64,000 nt of DNA from an uncultured Verrucomicrobiae bacterium (GCA_963764035.1 CAVXQV010000013.1:634349-698348), one strand, 5' to 3'. Shown: positions 46,001 to 55,247, numbered from the stretch's first letter. The notes: generated from the letters alone by a model not told the origin. Made by a program: numbers and translations.

Positions 46001-47017
46001 ATTAACCGACACGATCACCACACCGCCGTTGCCATAGGCGTTGTAAGCCGTGACATTCACGTTGGCTTGCGGAGTGTAATCGGCGGTGACCTTGATGGAA
46101 CCGGGGCGGATCCATTTCGCAAACTGGCCGAAGGTGTAGCCATTCTTGTGGATGTAGCCGCTCTCGTCCACAAGATTCAAACTTGTGTCCGTGTCATACA
46201 CCCACCACCAAACATAGGCGTTGAATTGGTTGTTCATGTATTGACTTATATTTTGGGCTTCCTGGATACATCCAGTCATGTTATCCTGCCCAAGCGAGGT
46301 TGGACTATTCTCGGTCATCCATACACGTTTGCCCGCCGCGATTTCCGCTGAATGGACGGACGGGGTGGCTCCATAACCATGACCGCCCGCGATGGGCATG
46401 ATCGAATTCGGGATGTTGGGGTTGTCGGCAATTGTCTGCGAATAAGGCTCTTGGAAATAAAAGCTTTCCGGCTCCATGAGCGGCACGCCAACGGACGCAC
46501 CATAGGTGGTGGTCCATTGGACAAATCCGTTGGTCGTCCAAAATTGCCAGCCGTAGTCAGGCTCGTTGGCGGGGGAAACCCAGTCCAGATGAGTGTATTG
46601 CGCGCACTGGGCCAGAAATACTGCGTTGGCGCCATAGTATTGGGGCAGCAAATAGGTGTTGGTGTCATCCCATCCGCTCGGCCCATACCAGTCCGTCCCG
46701 AACACCTTGACGCCGTAAGAATGCGCCGCCGTGGTGTCCGCCTGTTCATAATTCCACGCGCCGTCGGTCGCGCCGGCCACGTCATTGACGATCTGGACGC
46801 GCATCAGAGACATGCCCAGCGTGCCATAGAGCGATGCGTTCTTGGCGGTTGTGAGAGTGCCGCACCACGCGGTGGAGAAACCGAACCCGTCAATGACCTG
46901 CTGGCCTTGGGCCATGTAAATGTTGCACTGGCCGCGAACGCTCATCGGGACCAAATCCACCGCCGTGAGAATGGCCATGACGCACATTGCCATGAATGGA
47001 TATTTATTCGCTTTCAT
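43091..47017 (-). CDS. Secreted GH30 (glucuronoxylanase-like) glycoside hydrolase with FN3 and beta-sandwich repeats
   Basis: QVIDGFG, NEPDY (acid/base), WMTE (nucleophile), AYVWW, QFAKWIRPG; C-terminus IFYRLAK. Confidence 0.88.
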   Translation of the reverse strand: MKANKYPFMAMCVMAILTAVDLVPMSVRGQCNIYMAQGQQVIDGFGFSTAWCGTLTTAKNASLYGTLGMSLMRVQIVNDVAGATDGAWNYEQADTTAAHSYGVKVFGTDWYGPSGWDDTNTYLLPQYYGANAVFLAQCAQYTHLDWVSPANEPDYGWQFWTTNGFVQWTTTYGASVGVPLMEPESFYFQEPYSQTIADNPNIPNSIMPIAGGHGYGATPSVHSAEIAAGKRVWMTENSPTSLGQDNMTGCIQEAQNISQYMNNQFNAYVWWWVYDTDTSLNLVDESGYIHKNGYTFGQFAKWIRPGSIKVTADYTPQANVNVTAYNAYGNGGVVIVSVNANNNSVSQSFAIHNGNATLLEGYQTSTNNSMTDIGSFAVSGGSFTVTLPGQSITTFVQTNVIPANVPPTWAVQDVGAVGIVGSSTYTNTVGSNGVFAVTASGNDVWGTADAFRFLWQTNVGNCTVIARVSSEESANAMAKAGVMIRSSLASNAPNAFVALTPGGVTFQYRLTTGGGTSSNLVNGLTAPCWVELTQSGSTFTGYYSTDGATWTQVGAATISMGSMVYPGLAFCNNGNTSLGTAMFDNVSTPSWPIAPPPAPAGLTATAGVEQVTLTWQEGGYATNYNVLRAPASGGSYTKIATAVGPRFVDTDLPGGTTNYYEVNAVNSAGQSANSAPASATPTANVLSPWVAQDIGAVNLPGSENFSNGAFTIYGSGADIQSTADAFRFIYVTTNSADFTITARVTSIQNMNAWSKAGVMIRDSLNPGAANAFIGVTPGNGVTWQSRSSDGGSTSYNNTSGLSAPYWAKLVRSGSTFTGYRSPDGVNWTQQGTATITMTSTVYVGLADTAHTTANLCTATFDNVNAPGFTPASASVPTGLVATGGVEQVTLSWQASANANSYNVYRSTASGGPYTLVANATTTNYADIRLVGNGTTYYYVVTGVNSLAGESGNSAQASATTTVTVPPPWMPQDIGAAGVWGSAGYANGTFTVSGSGADIWNTADAFRFVYMKTNSVNFTMVARVVSVQNINVWSKAGIMIRDSLNPGAANALIAVTPGNGVTFQYRSSDGGNCNNTTASGSAPYWVELVRSGSTFTGYCSANGTSWTLVGSTTLTNMTTTYVGLAVTSHNNPSLCTAVFDNVSGLVWPLLPGTPGSLTAAAGNAQVALSWATVSGASSYNLKSATNNGGPYLILSNVTTTNYTNTGLINGTTYYYVVTATNMAGESAASLPASAMPQAQPPLIISATGTNFVFSWPVGSAGFTLQSSTNLAPGSWVTVTSAVPQNTGGRWQVLLPSSGNAAAIFYRLAK

Positions 47018-47611
47018 TTTGATCGGTGGAAAAGACCGGATTGCGCGGCAGCAGGGAACGCCAATGGAACAGTTCCGGCGGGACTGGCAGCGAGACATGC
47101 TGGGAGGGATCTCATCATTCGTTTCACGTTAGCAGCCGAATGGTTAAGAAGATATTAAGACCCAACGCCAAACCGGAGATGACCTTGGGTTTTAATGCAA
47201 AAACGCCAGAAAACAACGGCCAAAGCCGGACGGATCGGCAGCCCTCTCGTCCACCTCCCACCCTTCGGCAACAGTTAATTTGAGTCAACTCGACCAGAAG
47301 CGGGAGCGTATGAATCTGTTTCATCTCAAATCGGCCGGGAACAAATGCTTTTGTCGGTCTGCAACCGGGGCTGCAAGAGTCAATTCTGCCAGGAACGACG
47401 CTACCACGGACACGAACTCGAACATGGGCCGCTGCTCCAATATCGCATGGCTTGCCGGTTTTTCAAATTAAAACTGCCGTGAAATCAGATAGTTATACGA
47501 AGCACTGCGTAGGAATCAAACGACGCCCGCGTGTCGGGATAATCCCATTCGCCGGCAACCGCATGGCACACTCGAAACCATCGGCTTCCAGATTCTCGCG
47601 GGTTCCGGGTT

Positions 47612-47759
47612 GGCGAACGCGGCGTTGTGCATCGCGGGCGACGCGGAGTGCCGGATGGGAAAGCCATAGACCGCGCAAAGGCGCGTCTAGGCGTTGATGA
47701 CGGGTTGCATCGGGTCGGACATGCGGGATTTATACGCAGCCCGCGCGCCGGATTAAAGC
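47612..47759 (-). pseudogene. Truncated duplicate of the aroE 5' end (direct repeat copy 2)
   Basis: Similarity to aroE stops after ...PAMHNAAFA; ~37 codons retained. Confidence 0.9.
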
Positions 47760-48164
47760 GCAATTTCCCGATTCAGGCTGGAAATTCCAACTTCGCTGGC
47801 TTTTGGCAATCCGTCTTGGCGCAGCAGGAACAGTGTTGGCCCGCTCTTCGGCTATCGTTGAATCTTCCCCATGCGGGGACATGGGACTACAGTCCCAAGC
47901 AGGTCGTCTAGTGTCGCTTTCTTCAACATCTGCTTCAGGCGCATCTGCGCTTGCTGAAGCGCCTCGGCCTCTGTTGTATCGGACAAGAAATCGAAGTAAG
48001 TCCCCGTTTCTGTGTCAACGTAACGCTGTGCAGTTATTCTGTGTAGCTTCATAAAGTTTATCATGTTGTTTGACGCGCTTTCAACCACGCAAATAAAAAA
48101 CCAGCAAAGCCATGGCTCGCGCCACAATCCTTGCTGGGATTCCCAATACAATAATCAGGTAGCG

Positions 48165-48326
48165 TTAATTGTCAATATTTTTATTGCCGTAAAAATGCGG
48201 AAAGGTGATTGCCAGTGCGCAAAGTGCGAGCATGACGTGGACGCTGATTATCTGGCTCAACCCCTCAAAAATGCCCCAGATGAAAGCGGCTGAAATGAGA
48301 ACGACGAATGGATTTGGTTTTTTCAC
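48165..48326 (-). CDS. Small hypothetical membrane protein (53 aa)
   Basis: GTG overlapping the upstream stop (GTGA); MKKPNPFVVLISAAFIWGIF... Confidence 0.4.
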   Translation of the reverse strand: MKKPNPFVVLISAAFIWGIFEGLSQIISVHVMLALCALAITFPHFYGNKNIDN

Positions 48327-48943
48327 GGTTGCCTTAACTGTCTCCGCAAGTCCTGGTCTTCATAAATTTGGCGGATGCGGCGCAAGTCATCGGCTTGGAG
48401 GGATTGCAGCCAAATCAAGTCGTCCTGCCTGTGACGATCTATCAGCTTGTCCATCTCGGATGGCTCGTTCAGTCTTTCAAAATCCAGCTTTTGTTGGGCG
48501 ATGTCGTTCGCGCGCCGCACTTCCGCCAGAATCGGGTCTGGCTTTGTCAGTTGAAGACTGGGCGTTCGCGCTCGTTGAAAATCTTCCCACGGCTTTGTTC
48601 CTGTTGATGGCTCAACCTTTTCGAACTGGTCAAAAATGTTTGGTTTTGGCTTTAATGTGGGTGAAGCAGGAACATTCGATTCGGGTTCGATGATGTCATA
48701 ACCGGGCAAATTTTGCCCAACCTTTTGCAGTTGTTTGGCCGTTGCAGGAGTTGCGGTTCCATAAACACCCTGGTTGCTCAAATCCTTGCTGTTTTTAATC
48801 AGTTCGATTTGCCGTGCTTCGGCCTGCTGCCGCTGTCTTAAATGGTCGGCTTTAGAATCGTCGTAGATGAACAATGCCGTCCCGCTCAAGATCAACGTGC
48901 AGACAATGGCCGTCACTTTCCAGTTGAGAAACTGCGCATTCAT
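48323..48943 (-). CDS. Hypothetical protein with N-terminal membrane anchor
   Basis: Lower-GC ORF with a TM segment followed by a coiled region; no family recognised. Confidence 0.65.
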   Translation of the reverse strand: MNAQFLNWKVTAIVCTLILSGTALFIYDDSKADHLRQRQQAEARQIELIKNSKDLSNQGVYGTATPATAKQLQKVGQNLPGYDIIEPESNVPASPTLKPKPNIFDQFEKVEPSTGTKPWEDFQRARTPSLQLTKPDPILAEVRRANDIAQQKLDFERLNEPSEMDKLIDRHRQDDLIWLQSLQADDLRRIRQIYEDQDLRRQLRQP

Positions 48944-49051
48944 AATCAGTCCTGCTGCCGAACGGTGATTCAACTCCCGAAACCGCAAGGCGTCAACTGT
49001 GAATTATCTGGGACAATCGCACAATCGCACCGGATTTGGCATGGTTAAAAC

Positions 49052-49321
49052 ATGGCCAGCGAGCAGGAGAATTATATTCCAAACATAAAGCCGACGCAGT
49101 CACCACCGCCAGTCCCCCAACTTTCAGATGAGGCGCTTGAGAAGAGGAGTGGGAAAGGGTGGAATCCAGAAGTGGCAGACGAGATTCAAAGGCGGCAATT
49201 TAGGAATTTACAGGACGCAGTTGGCCAATCGAAAAAGACTCGTTGGATTGAATGGGCGATTTTGATCGTCAGTGTGATTTCCGCGATTGCGGCCTTTTTA
49301 TCCGTGTTTTCAAAGCACTGA
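49052..49321 (+). CDS. Hypothetical protein with C-terminal TM helix
   Basis: 89-aa low-GC ORF. Confidence 0.55.
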   Translation: MASEQENYIPNIKPTQSPPPVPQLSDEALEKRSGKGWNPEVADEIQRRQFRNLQDAVGQSKKTRWIEWAILIVSVISAIAAFLSVFSKH

Positions 49322-49385
49322 CGACCCTTCAAGTATCGGAAATGCCCGTCTTTATTGGCGAATTGCATAAAACTATTTTTGGGGC

Positions 49386-49520
49386 CCTTGTCCCCACAAC
49401 TGGTGACATGACGATTTCCGGGGTTGGTGTAATTTATCGGCAGTGGTGTTGAGCAGTTCTCAAGTGTGTAAGAAAGAGGCCGGGCCGGGTGTCCGGCCTT
49501 GATCTTTTTTGCAGCCAAAA
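49386..49520 (+). ncRNA. Candidate small RNA / conserved non-coding element, copy 1
   Basis: Near-copy at 55408-55551; ttgag-cagtt-ctcaa hairpin, then aggccgg...ccggcct stem followed by a T-run. Confidence 0.4.
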
Positions 49521-49646
49521 TCGCGATGGACAATCCGCCGGATCGCTGCGTCATCCATCCCCCTTCATTGCCCGCCACGCGCGGTGCCAGGCAGCGCAAA
49601 CCCTCTCATGCTTGACTGTTCCTGCGGCTTGCCGTGAGCAGCGCCT

Positions 49647-50372
49647 TCATTGCTTCCATTTTCTTGCCAGCAGCGCCGCAGCCGCCACGGCGGCGGAAAC
49701 CGCGAGGATGCCGGAGACAATCCAGAGGGAGACAAACAAAATCCGCTTGTGAATCTCCGCCAGCTCGACTCGGGCGGAAATTCTCAATGTCCCGCCTTCC
49801 TGGAGGGTGATGGATTTCTTCCGCCCGTCGAATTTGTATTCGACGAGCAGCTCCTTGGACTTGCCAAACGCCGGATCGCCAAAGGTATTATTGCCCACCG
49901 TTAGTTCAAGGCCATCGTTCTCAATCATGTCCGTGAGGTCGGCGGTCACGTCGCTGGCCTGGCCGTATGGCAGGTCGCCATAAACCGCCTTGACGATGAC
50001 CAGCCGGGATTTTTTCGGCGGGACCGGAGGGTTGGCTGAAATTCTCAACCGGCTGCCTTCGAAAGCGGTCTTGGCGCCGGCCACCCCGTCAATCGTGTAA
50101 TCCACCTTGAGTTGCTTGGGAGTATCCGGGGCCGGGTCGCCTCCAAAAATGTCGTTGTCTATGTGGAAATTAAGCGTGTTATCATCCATCATCGCGGCGA
50201 CCAGCTTCGTGACGTTGGTGGTGGCCGCCGGATCGGACAAATTGCCGTAAACCGCGTTGACGATCACCAGTCTTGCCGGCGCGTCCGCGGCGGGAACGGC
50301 ATTGGTTGCGGTGTCCTCCGCATGGTTGGAAACGCACGCCATGCCCGCAATGAACCCGCAGAGCAGGGCCAT
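49647..50372 (-). CDS. Membrane-anchored protein with two lectin-like (SUEL/DUF3395-like) repeats
   Basis: Twice LVIVxAVYG...VT...FG(G)DPA...K.L.V.Y; signal peptide and C-terminal TM. Confidence 0.75.
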   Translation of the reverse strand: MALLCGFIAGMACVSNHAEDTATNAVPAADAPARLVIVNAVYGNLSDPAATTNVTKLVAAMMDDNTLNFHIDNDIFGGDPAPDTPKQLKVDYTIDGVAGAKTAFEGSRLRISANPPVPPKKSRLVIVKAVYGDLPYGQASDVTADLTDMIENDGLELTVGNNTFGDPAFGKSKELLVEYKFDGRKKSITLQEGGTLRISARVELAEIHKRILFVSLWIVSGILAVSAAVAAAALLARKWKQ

Positions 50373-50486
50373 TCGCGTGGATTTAAGGCAATCAAGGAAA
50401 CATCTGTTTTCACGGAGCATGGGGGGAAACTAATCAGACGCGACACGGCGTCAAGGTGGAAATTAACATTATGAACTGCCCCGGCG

Positions 50487-50727
50487 GCATTCGGCATTCG
50501 GAATGCGGCATTGGCAGGGCGCGCACTCGGTGCGCGCCGTCGGAGGGCCATTTGCCATGCGAATTTCCCACCAACTCGCGGCGGGCAGAGGACTGCCCGC
50601 CCTGCCGGAGCGCCGTCGGCGCGGCATATTCCGATGATGTCGCTCCCACGGAGCTTTTGAATTGATGGGATGCGTTTCTACAACGATGCCAGTCCTGCGG
50701 ACTTCACCGCCTTCGCGCCCTTCGCGG
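50487..50727. repeat. Cluster of heptamer repeats and REP-like palindromes
   Basis: gcattcg repeats; gcagggcgcgcactcggtgcgcgcc / ggcgggcagaggactgcccgccctgc pair; gctcccacggagc hairpin; cttcgcgcc repeats. Confidence 0.6.
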
Positions 50728-50950
50728 GACAAAAACCAAAGCGCCAGTTGCCCCCAATCGTCCATCCCGAAACCATTTCCGCGTTGCCTTGTGTCTCCAC
50801 TGTCCCATTTCCATACAATCCTGTCCAAATGTGGGACACTTTTCCATTCCCGGCCGGCAGCGGCTCTGATCAAAAGTGACTTTTTTCAGGCCCGGACGCC
50901 GTTTTGAGGTTTTTTTGGGGGCGCAAATATGAAGGGTTTGGTTTCAGAAA

Positions 50951-51286
50951 CGTTTTATATTGGTCCAGAGCCAAAGTTTTTTGTTCCAATGTAAAAGTGT
51001 GTTGCCGCAAAAACGAAGTCGCTGGTCACTGATGTGAAGTCGTTTGTTCCAAACACGTTTCGTTGTGGTTCATGGTGAAAGTTTCCTGTGCCAAAGACGA
51101 AGTTTGTCGCCACCGAAACGAAGTTGTAAGCTCCAACAACGTTTTGTTATATTTTTAAGCAGCAGTTTCTTGTTCCAAAAACGAAGTCTTTTGCCGCGGA
51201 TACGAAGTCTTTTGCCCGCAATACGAAGTCTTTTGCCCGCAATACGAAGTCTTTTGCCCGCAATACGAAGTCTTTTGCGGGCGAAT
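50951..51286. repeat. 21-bp tandem array 3 (~16 units, gene-proximal consensus cgaagtcttttgcccgcaata)
   Basis: cgaagt/aaagt/cgtttt cores at 50951+21n; distal units highly diverged, proximal units identical. Confidence 0.9.
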
Positions 51287-51305
51287 GCCGCAACCGGCGC
51301 CGGCG

Positions 51306-51325
51306 CTTGTGAAAAAAATCACAAG
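51306..51325. promoter_or_regulatory. Palindromic operator CTTGTGA-N6-TCACAAG (CRP/FNR-family-like)
   Basis: cttgtgaaaaaaatcacaag; 19/20 identical to the minus-strand reading of 16440-16459. Confidence 0.7.
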
Positions 51326-51326
51326 T

Positions 51327-51342
51327 TGGCACGGGACGTGCT
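51327..51342 (+). promoter_or_regulatory. Sigma54 (-24/-12) promoter candidate
   Basis: TGGCACGggacGTGCT versus consensus TGGCACG-N4-TTGCW, with exact GG/GC spacing. Confidence 0.6.
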
Positions 51343-51419
51343 CTTATATTTATTACGCTGCGATTGACCGCCTGTCAGTGTGTCCGTCGTCTTACTTCGG
51401 GGGAAAACGTAAAAACGGT

Positions 51420-52037
51420 ATGAAAAGATCGGTCCGAGTCGGGCTGGGGTTTGTGAACCTGCCCAAAGGCGACTTCAACAACTTCGCGATCCTGTGCATC
51501 GTGTGCCTCAAGAACAACCTGCTGTTTCCCAACCTCCCTGTCACCATCATCGCCCTGACCGCGTTGCAAGCGGCGTATCAGGATGCCATGAACACCGCGC
51601 ACATGGGCGGCCCCAAGGACACCTCCGCGATGCTGGAGGCGCGTGACAACCTCTGCCTGGCCCTCCGCCAGATCGCCGCGTATATCCAAAGCCTCAACCT
51701 CACTGAATCGCAGGTGCTCACCTCGGGCTACGACGTGATTGTCTGGAGCAAAACCAAAATCACCCTCGTCGCGCCCACGGGCATCGTCCTGGACAATTCC
51801 ATCAGCGGACAGTTGGGCGTCAGCTTTCCGGCGGTGAACGGCGCCAAGGCGTATCACGTGCAGTTCAGCGCGGACGGCGGGAAGACGTGGCTGGATGTGG
51901 GCATCTGGCCGAACACCAAGGGCGTCGTCATCCCGAACCTCACGCCGGGCACGGTCTATGGCGTGCGCATCCGCGGCATTGGCGGGTCCACGCAATACAG
52001 TCCCTGGAGCGGCGTTTTTTCGTTGATGGCCACCTGA
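51420..52037 (+). CDS. Hypothetical protein: helical N-terminal domain + C-terminal FN3 domain, associated with 21-bp array 3
   Basis: N-terminal helical region (LFPNLPVT, GGPKDT, LRQIAAYIQ, LTSGY); FN3 signature NLTPGTVYGVRIRGIGG...SPWS; no signal peptide. Confidence 0.88.
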   Translation: MKRSVRVGLGFVNLPKGDFNNFAILCIVCLKNNLLFPNLPVTIIALTALQAAYQDAMNTAHMGGPKDTSAMLEARDNLCLALRQIAAYIQSLNLTESQVLTSGYDVIVWSKTKITLVAPTGIVLDNSISGQLGVSFPAVNGAKAYHVQFSADGGKTWLDVGIWPNTKGVVIPNLTPGTVYGVRIRGIGGSTQYSPWSGVFSLMAT

Positions 52038-52235
52038 TGGCCACTCGTCCCCCCACCCTGCCCGCCCGCCATTCGGCGGCGGGCATCCGCCAGCAGGGGT
52101 GAGGCATGAATTTGCGGGCATGAAGAATCCCCCGCAATCGGGCGATGGCAAATGGCCAAAGCGTGCAACTCGGGTAAGATTGGCCGCCCATCGCCCGGTC
52201 ATTTTTTTCAAGAACAACATCCGGGATACCATCCC

Positions 52236-53774
52236 TCAAATTCCGTCGGCCTTGATGCCCGGCTCCAGCCGGGCGATGAGGCGGATGTAGAATGGCAGGG
52301 CAAAGCGGGGCGTGGCAGCACCGGCCTGCAGCCAGCGGCCCAGCACGTCTGGCGACAACGCGCAGTGGGTCATGTTGCAGCGGGCCTTGAGCCGCTCCAG
52401 ATGGAACTGGAGCGGCCGGCTGCCGGACTTGCGAATGCGAATGAAACACAGCAGAACCGCCTGGCTGACACATTGTTTCGTAATGCCGGCGCGCCGGGCA
52501 ATGCTCTCCAGCTTTTCGATTTCACCGCTTTCCGCTCCCAACCGGTCGCAGAGGATCTGGCCTCCCCGATCCGGCAAAAAACCGACCAAGGCATCGAGGA
52601 TTTGGATGAGGGGCTTCGGCCGCCAGCCGGCCCGCTGGGGCGGCAGGTTGAATTCGCCGCGCGCGGCGCGCGCCAATATCTCCTGAAGCTTCGCGACGGT
52701 CTTGGCCCCGCAGCCCCTTGCCGCGCGCAAGGTCTGAAAGCGCATCCCCTGCAATTCGCCAGCGCGGGTAATGCCAAGCTTGCGGAGCACGGTTTCCAGC
52801 CGGACCGACAGGGGCAGTTCAGACACGTTCCAGGAACGGATGATTTCCGGCACGTCGAAACTGTAGGCGACCGGCGCCACCTCGTCGGCTTCGGCAAGCT
52901 GGAGGAAGTGCTTCAATTCGGCTATGGTTCCCGCGCCGCAATCCCCCTGCGCACTCAACTCGTCAAACGGCAGGTCGTGAAGCCCGCCAAGGCAGCGGAT
53001 GCCGCGCCGGAAAATTGTGTTTTTCAGCCGGGTCGAAAGCGGAAGGCTTAAGATATCCCACGAACGGACTTTTTCCGGCACCACGAAACAGCAGGATGCT
53101 GGCGCCACCCCGCCAGCTTCGGCAAGCAGGAGGAAGTGTTGCAGTTCTGCAATGCTCCGGGCGCCGCAATTCCCCTGCGCCCTCAACTCAGCAATCGGCA
53201 GGTCTTGAAGCTCGCCGAGGCAACGGATGCCGCGCCGACGGAGTATGTTTTGCAGCCGGGTCGAAATCTGAAGGCCCAAGAGGTCCCACGAACGGGCCTT
53301 TTCCGGCACGGTAAATTGCCCCGGCCACATTTCCGCCGGGGTGCGCCGGGCTGCCGGCCGGCGTTCCAACCACGGGACGGACTTTTGAGACCGATGCTGT
53401 CTCTCAAACCACTGCTGCCGCCACTCTTCGCGGATGTCCGCCGGGGAGATGCCGTGCGCCCGCTGCAGGGCATCCACCAAATGGCGCAATTCGGCCATGA
53501 TGCCCAAGTCGCATCCGGTTTTCAGGCGCAATCCCGGATAGGACCGGCCATGCAAATCACCCGCCACCCAGAAATCATGGTGGTTGAGAAAAAGGAGCGT
53601 GGGCAGTGACGGCTCCAAACTCCGCAGTGGAACGCGTTTTGCCGGCTCGGGGATGTAAATCGGTTCATCCCAGGCCAGCGGCAAAGCCGCCGCCGGGGGT
53701 TCCGCTTCAAGGGGGCCGGCATCATGGGAAGTCTGGCCGTCCAGCGGCGAAGCAATGACAGGAGCCGCGTTCAT
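52236..53774 (-). CDS. Protein with three RNA polymerase alpha-CTD-like repeats and a sigma region-4-like HTH
   Basis: 3x LS(T/V)RLxxxLxxxGIxxxGEL...CGAxxxAxL; C-terminal KLESIARRAGITKQCVSQ. Confidence 0.75.
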   Translation of the reverse strand: MNAAPVIASPLDGQTSHDAGPLEAEPPAAALPLAWDEPIYIPEPAKRVPLRSLEPSLPTLLFLNHHDFWVAGDLHGRSYPGLRLKTGCDLGIMAELRHLVDALQRAHGISPADIREEWRQQWFERQHRSQKSVPWLERRPAARRTPAEMWPGQFTVPEKARSWDLLGLQISTRLQNILRRRGIRCLGELQDLPIAELRAQGNCGARSIAELQHFLLLAEAGGVAPASCCFVVPEKVRSWDILSLPLSTRLKNTIFRRGIRCLGGLHDLPFDELSAQGDCGAGTIAELKHFLQLAEADEVAPVAYSFDVPEIIRSWNVSELPLSVRLETVLRKLGITRAGELQGMRFQTLRAARGCGAKTVAKLQEILARAARGEFNLPPQRAGWRPKPLIQILDALVGFLPDRGGQILCDRLGAESGEIEKLESIARRAGITKQCVSQAVLLCFIRIRKSGSRPLQFHLERLKARCNMTHCALSPDVLGRWLQAGAATPRFALPFYIRLIARLEPGIKADGI

Positions 53775-54149
53775 TCTAAATCTATGATTGGAGCATGAGC
53801 CGCCGCGGGCCGCAGCACAAGCGGAAAATGCAACGGACTGCGATGCAAACTACAGCCGGCGGGCGGGCGCGATTGGCGGCTGGACGATGCCAGGTTGCGG
53901 GAGCGCCGCCATTTCGATCATGGCGCAGTAACCACCAACCGCTTCGGTTGGTGAAGATGACGCACAAAGCCGAAACGATGCGATTGAAAGGCGAAATGGA
54001 GGCGCATGTGGCTGCGACGCCCCCGTCGCAGAGAGTGCCGGCGACGCCTCGTCGCCTGTGCCGGCGGACAACCAAACAATGCGGCGAGAGTTTCGCGCGA
54101 CGAGAGCCGCGTGGAAATGAATTGTTGTGACACTTTTAACAAACAGTCC

Positions 54150-55247
54150 TCAAGGCATCTTCTGGTTAGGTGTGTTGGTTGTGTTTATAAAATCGCGCTG
54201 TGCATCCATTATATTATTTATTGACTCGTTTATTTGGTCGTTGGCTTTAGCAATTGGCACGTCCACGTGATAATCAAAGTCTGGGTTCTTAATGTGGATG
54301 GTGCTATGAAATTGATCTAGCCATCCAGGTTCCATTTCCAAGGTGCCTCCCGTGCATGAAATGATTAACTGCCTGTGGCTCCCCGAATTGTTGGCCGCAA
54401 CGGTAATCATGAAGCTCATGTTCGTATTCTTTTGTAGCCCGATTGTTGCCACTTCAATTTGCCCGACGTTTTGGTCCATGTTTGATGATAAACACAGTAA
54501 ATAACCGTCTGACTGGCTAATCCCGTCCCCGGTTTTTTTCGCTTCGTCATGCAAAGCGTCGCGTAACACAACGAGCGAGCGACGATAGTAAGGCAAATAT
54601 GAGTTCCACCATTTAATCCTATCTAAATAAATTTGTCGCTGTTGAGCCTCAGTATCGGCATCTTTTTTTGCCTTCAGTTTTTCGATTAGTGAAGTGAAGT
54701 TCGTATTTGTTTTGGAATCCACGCTATACATTTCGGTTCGAGTTTCAAAAGTCGCCAGTTGAGGGATGTTGGTAGATGATTCAGGAGGGGCCGGCTCTGG
54801 CCTAGGAACGGTTTTAGTGGGCAATGGCTTTTGAGTTTCCTTTGATGCAATTGAAATTGTGTTTCCAGTTTGTCTTGGTCGCTGAATATTTAATATAAGA
54901 ATCCCTACCAAGGCCGAACAAACCACCAGCAGGATTGTTACTATGGACGGATAAATTGATTTCGGGTCAATTTCAGCCTCCTTTCTGGATTCCAATGTTT
55001 CTTTCACAACTTCTCCGGGGGCGGTAAAAAATGCCCTAAATATGAAGCCGATGATTGGCAACAAAAACCCATACAGAATGGCTTCAATAATAATTTCCCA
55101 TTGTCCGTGTTCATCCTCCAATCCGTTTCTCCGCAGATAAACAGCATACACAAATCCGACAACAGCTTCTGGAATAGCCTCTTTAAGAGTGAATTCTTCG
55201 TTTGCCTTCCTAATGATTGCCAGCAAGAAATGACGCCGTTTAGCCAT
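54150..55247 (-). CDS. Hypothetical low-GC membrane protein
   Basis: 365-aa ORF, markedly AT-richer than its flanks, three hydrophobic segments in the N-terminal third. Confidence 0.75.
   Translation of the reverse strand: MAKRRHFLLAIIRKANEEFTLKEAIPEAVVGFVYAVYLRRNGLEDEHGQWEIIIEAILYGFLLPIIGFIFRAFFTAPGEVVKETLESRKEAEIDPKSIYPSIVTILLVVCSALVGILILNIQRPRQTGNTISIASKETQKPLPTKTVPRPEPAPPESSTNIPQLATFETRTEMYSVDSKTNTNFTSLIEKLKAKKDADTEAQQRQIYLDRIKWWNSYLPYYRRSLVVLRDALHDEAKKTGDGISQSDGYLLCLSSNMDQNVGQIEVATIGLQKNTNMSFMITVAANNSGSHRQLIISCTGGTLEMEPGWLDQFHSTIHIKNPDFDYHVDVPIAKANDQINESINNIMDAQRDFINTTNTPNQKMP

Noticed and set aside
47800-49330. Integron cassette array or prophage remnant among the small low-GC ORFs
   Set aside because: No integrase, no repeated attC-like sites between the ORFs and no phage hallmark genes were recognised
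49386-49520. Possible tRNA, tmRNA or known riboswitch at the duplicated element
   Set aside because: No cloverleaf, T-loop, CCA end or recognisable aptamer consensus; kept only as an unclassified ncRNA candidate
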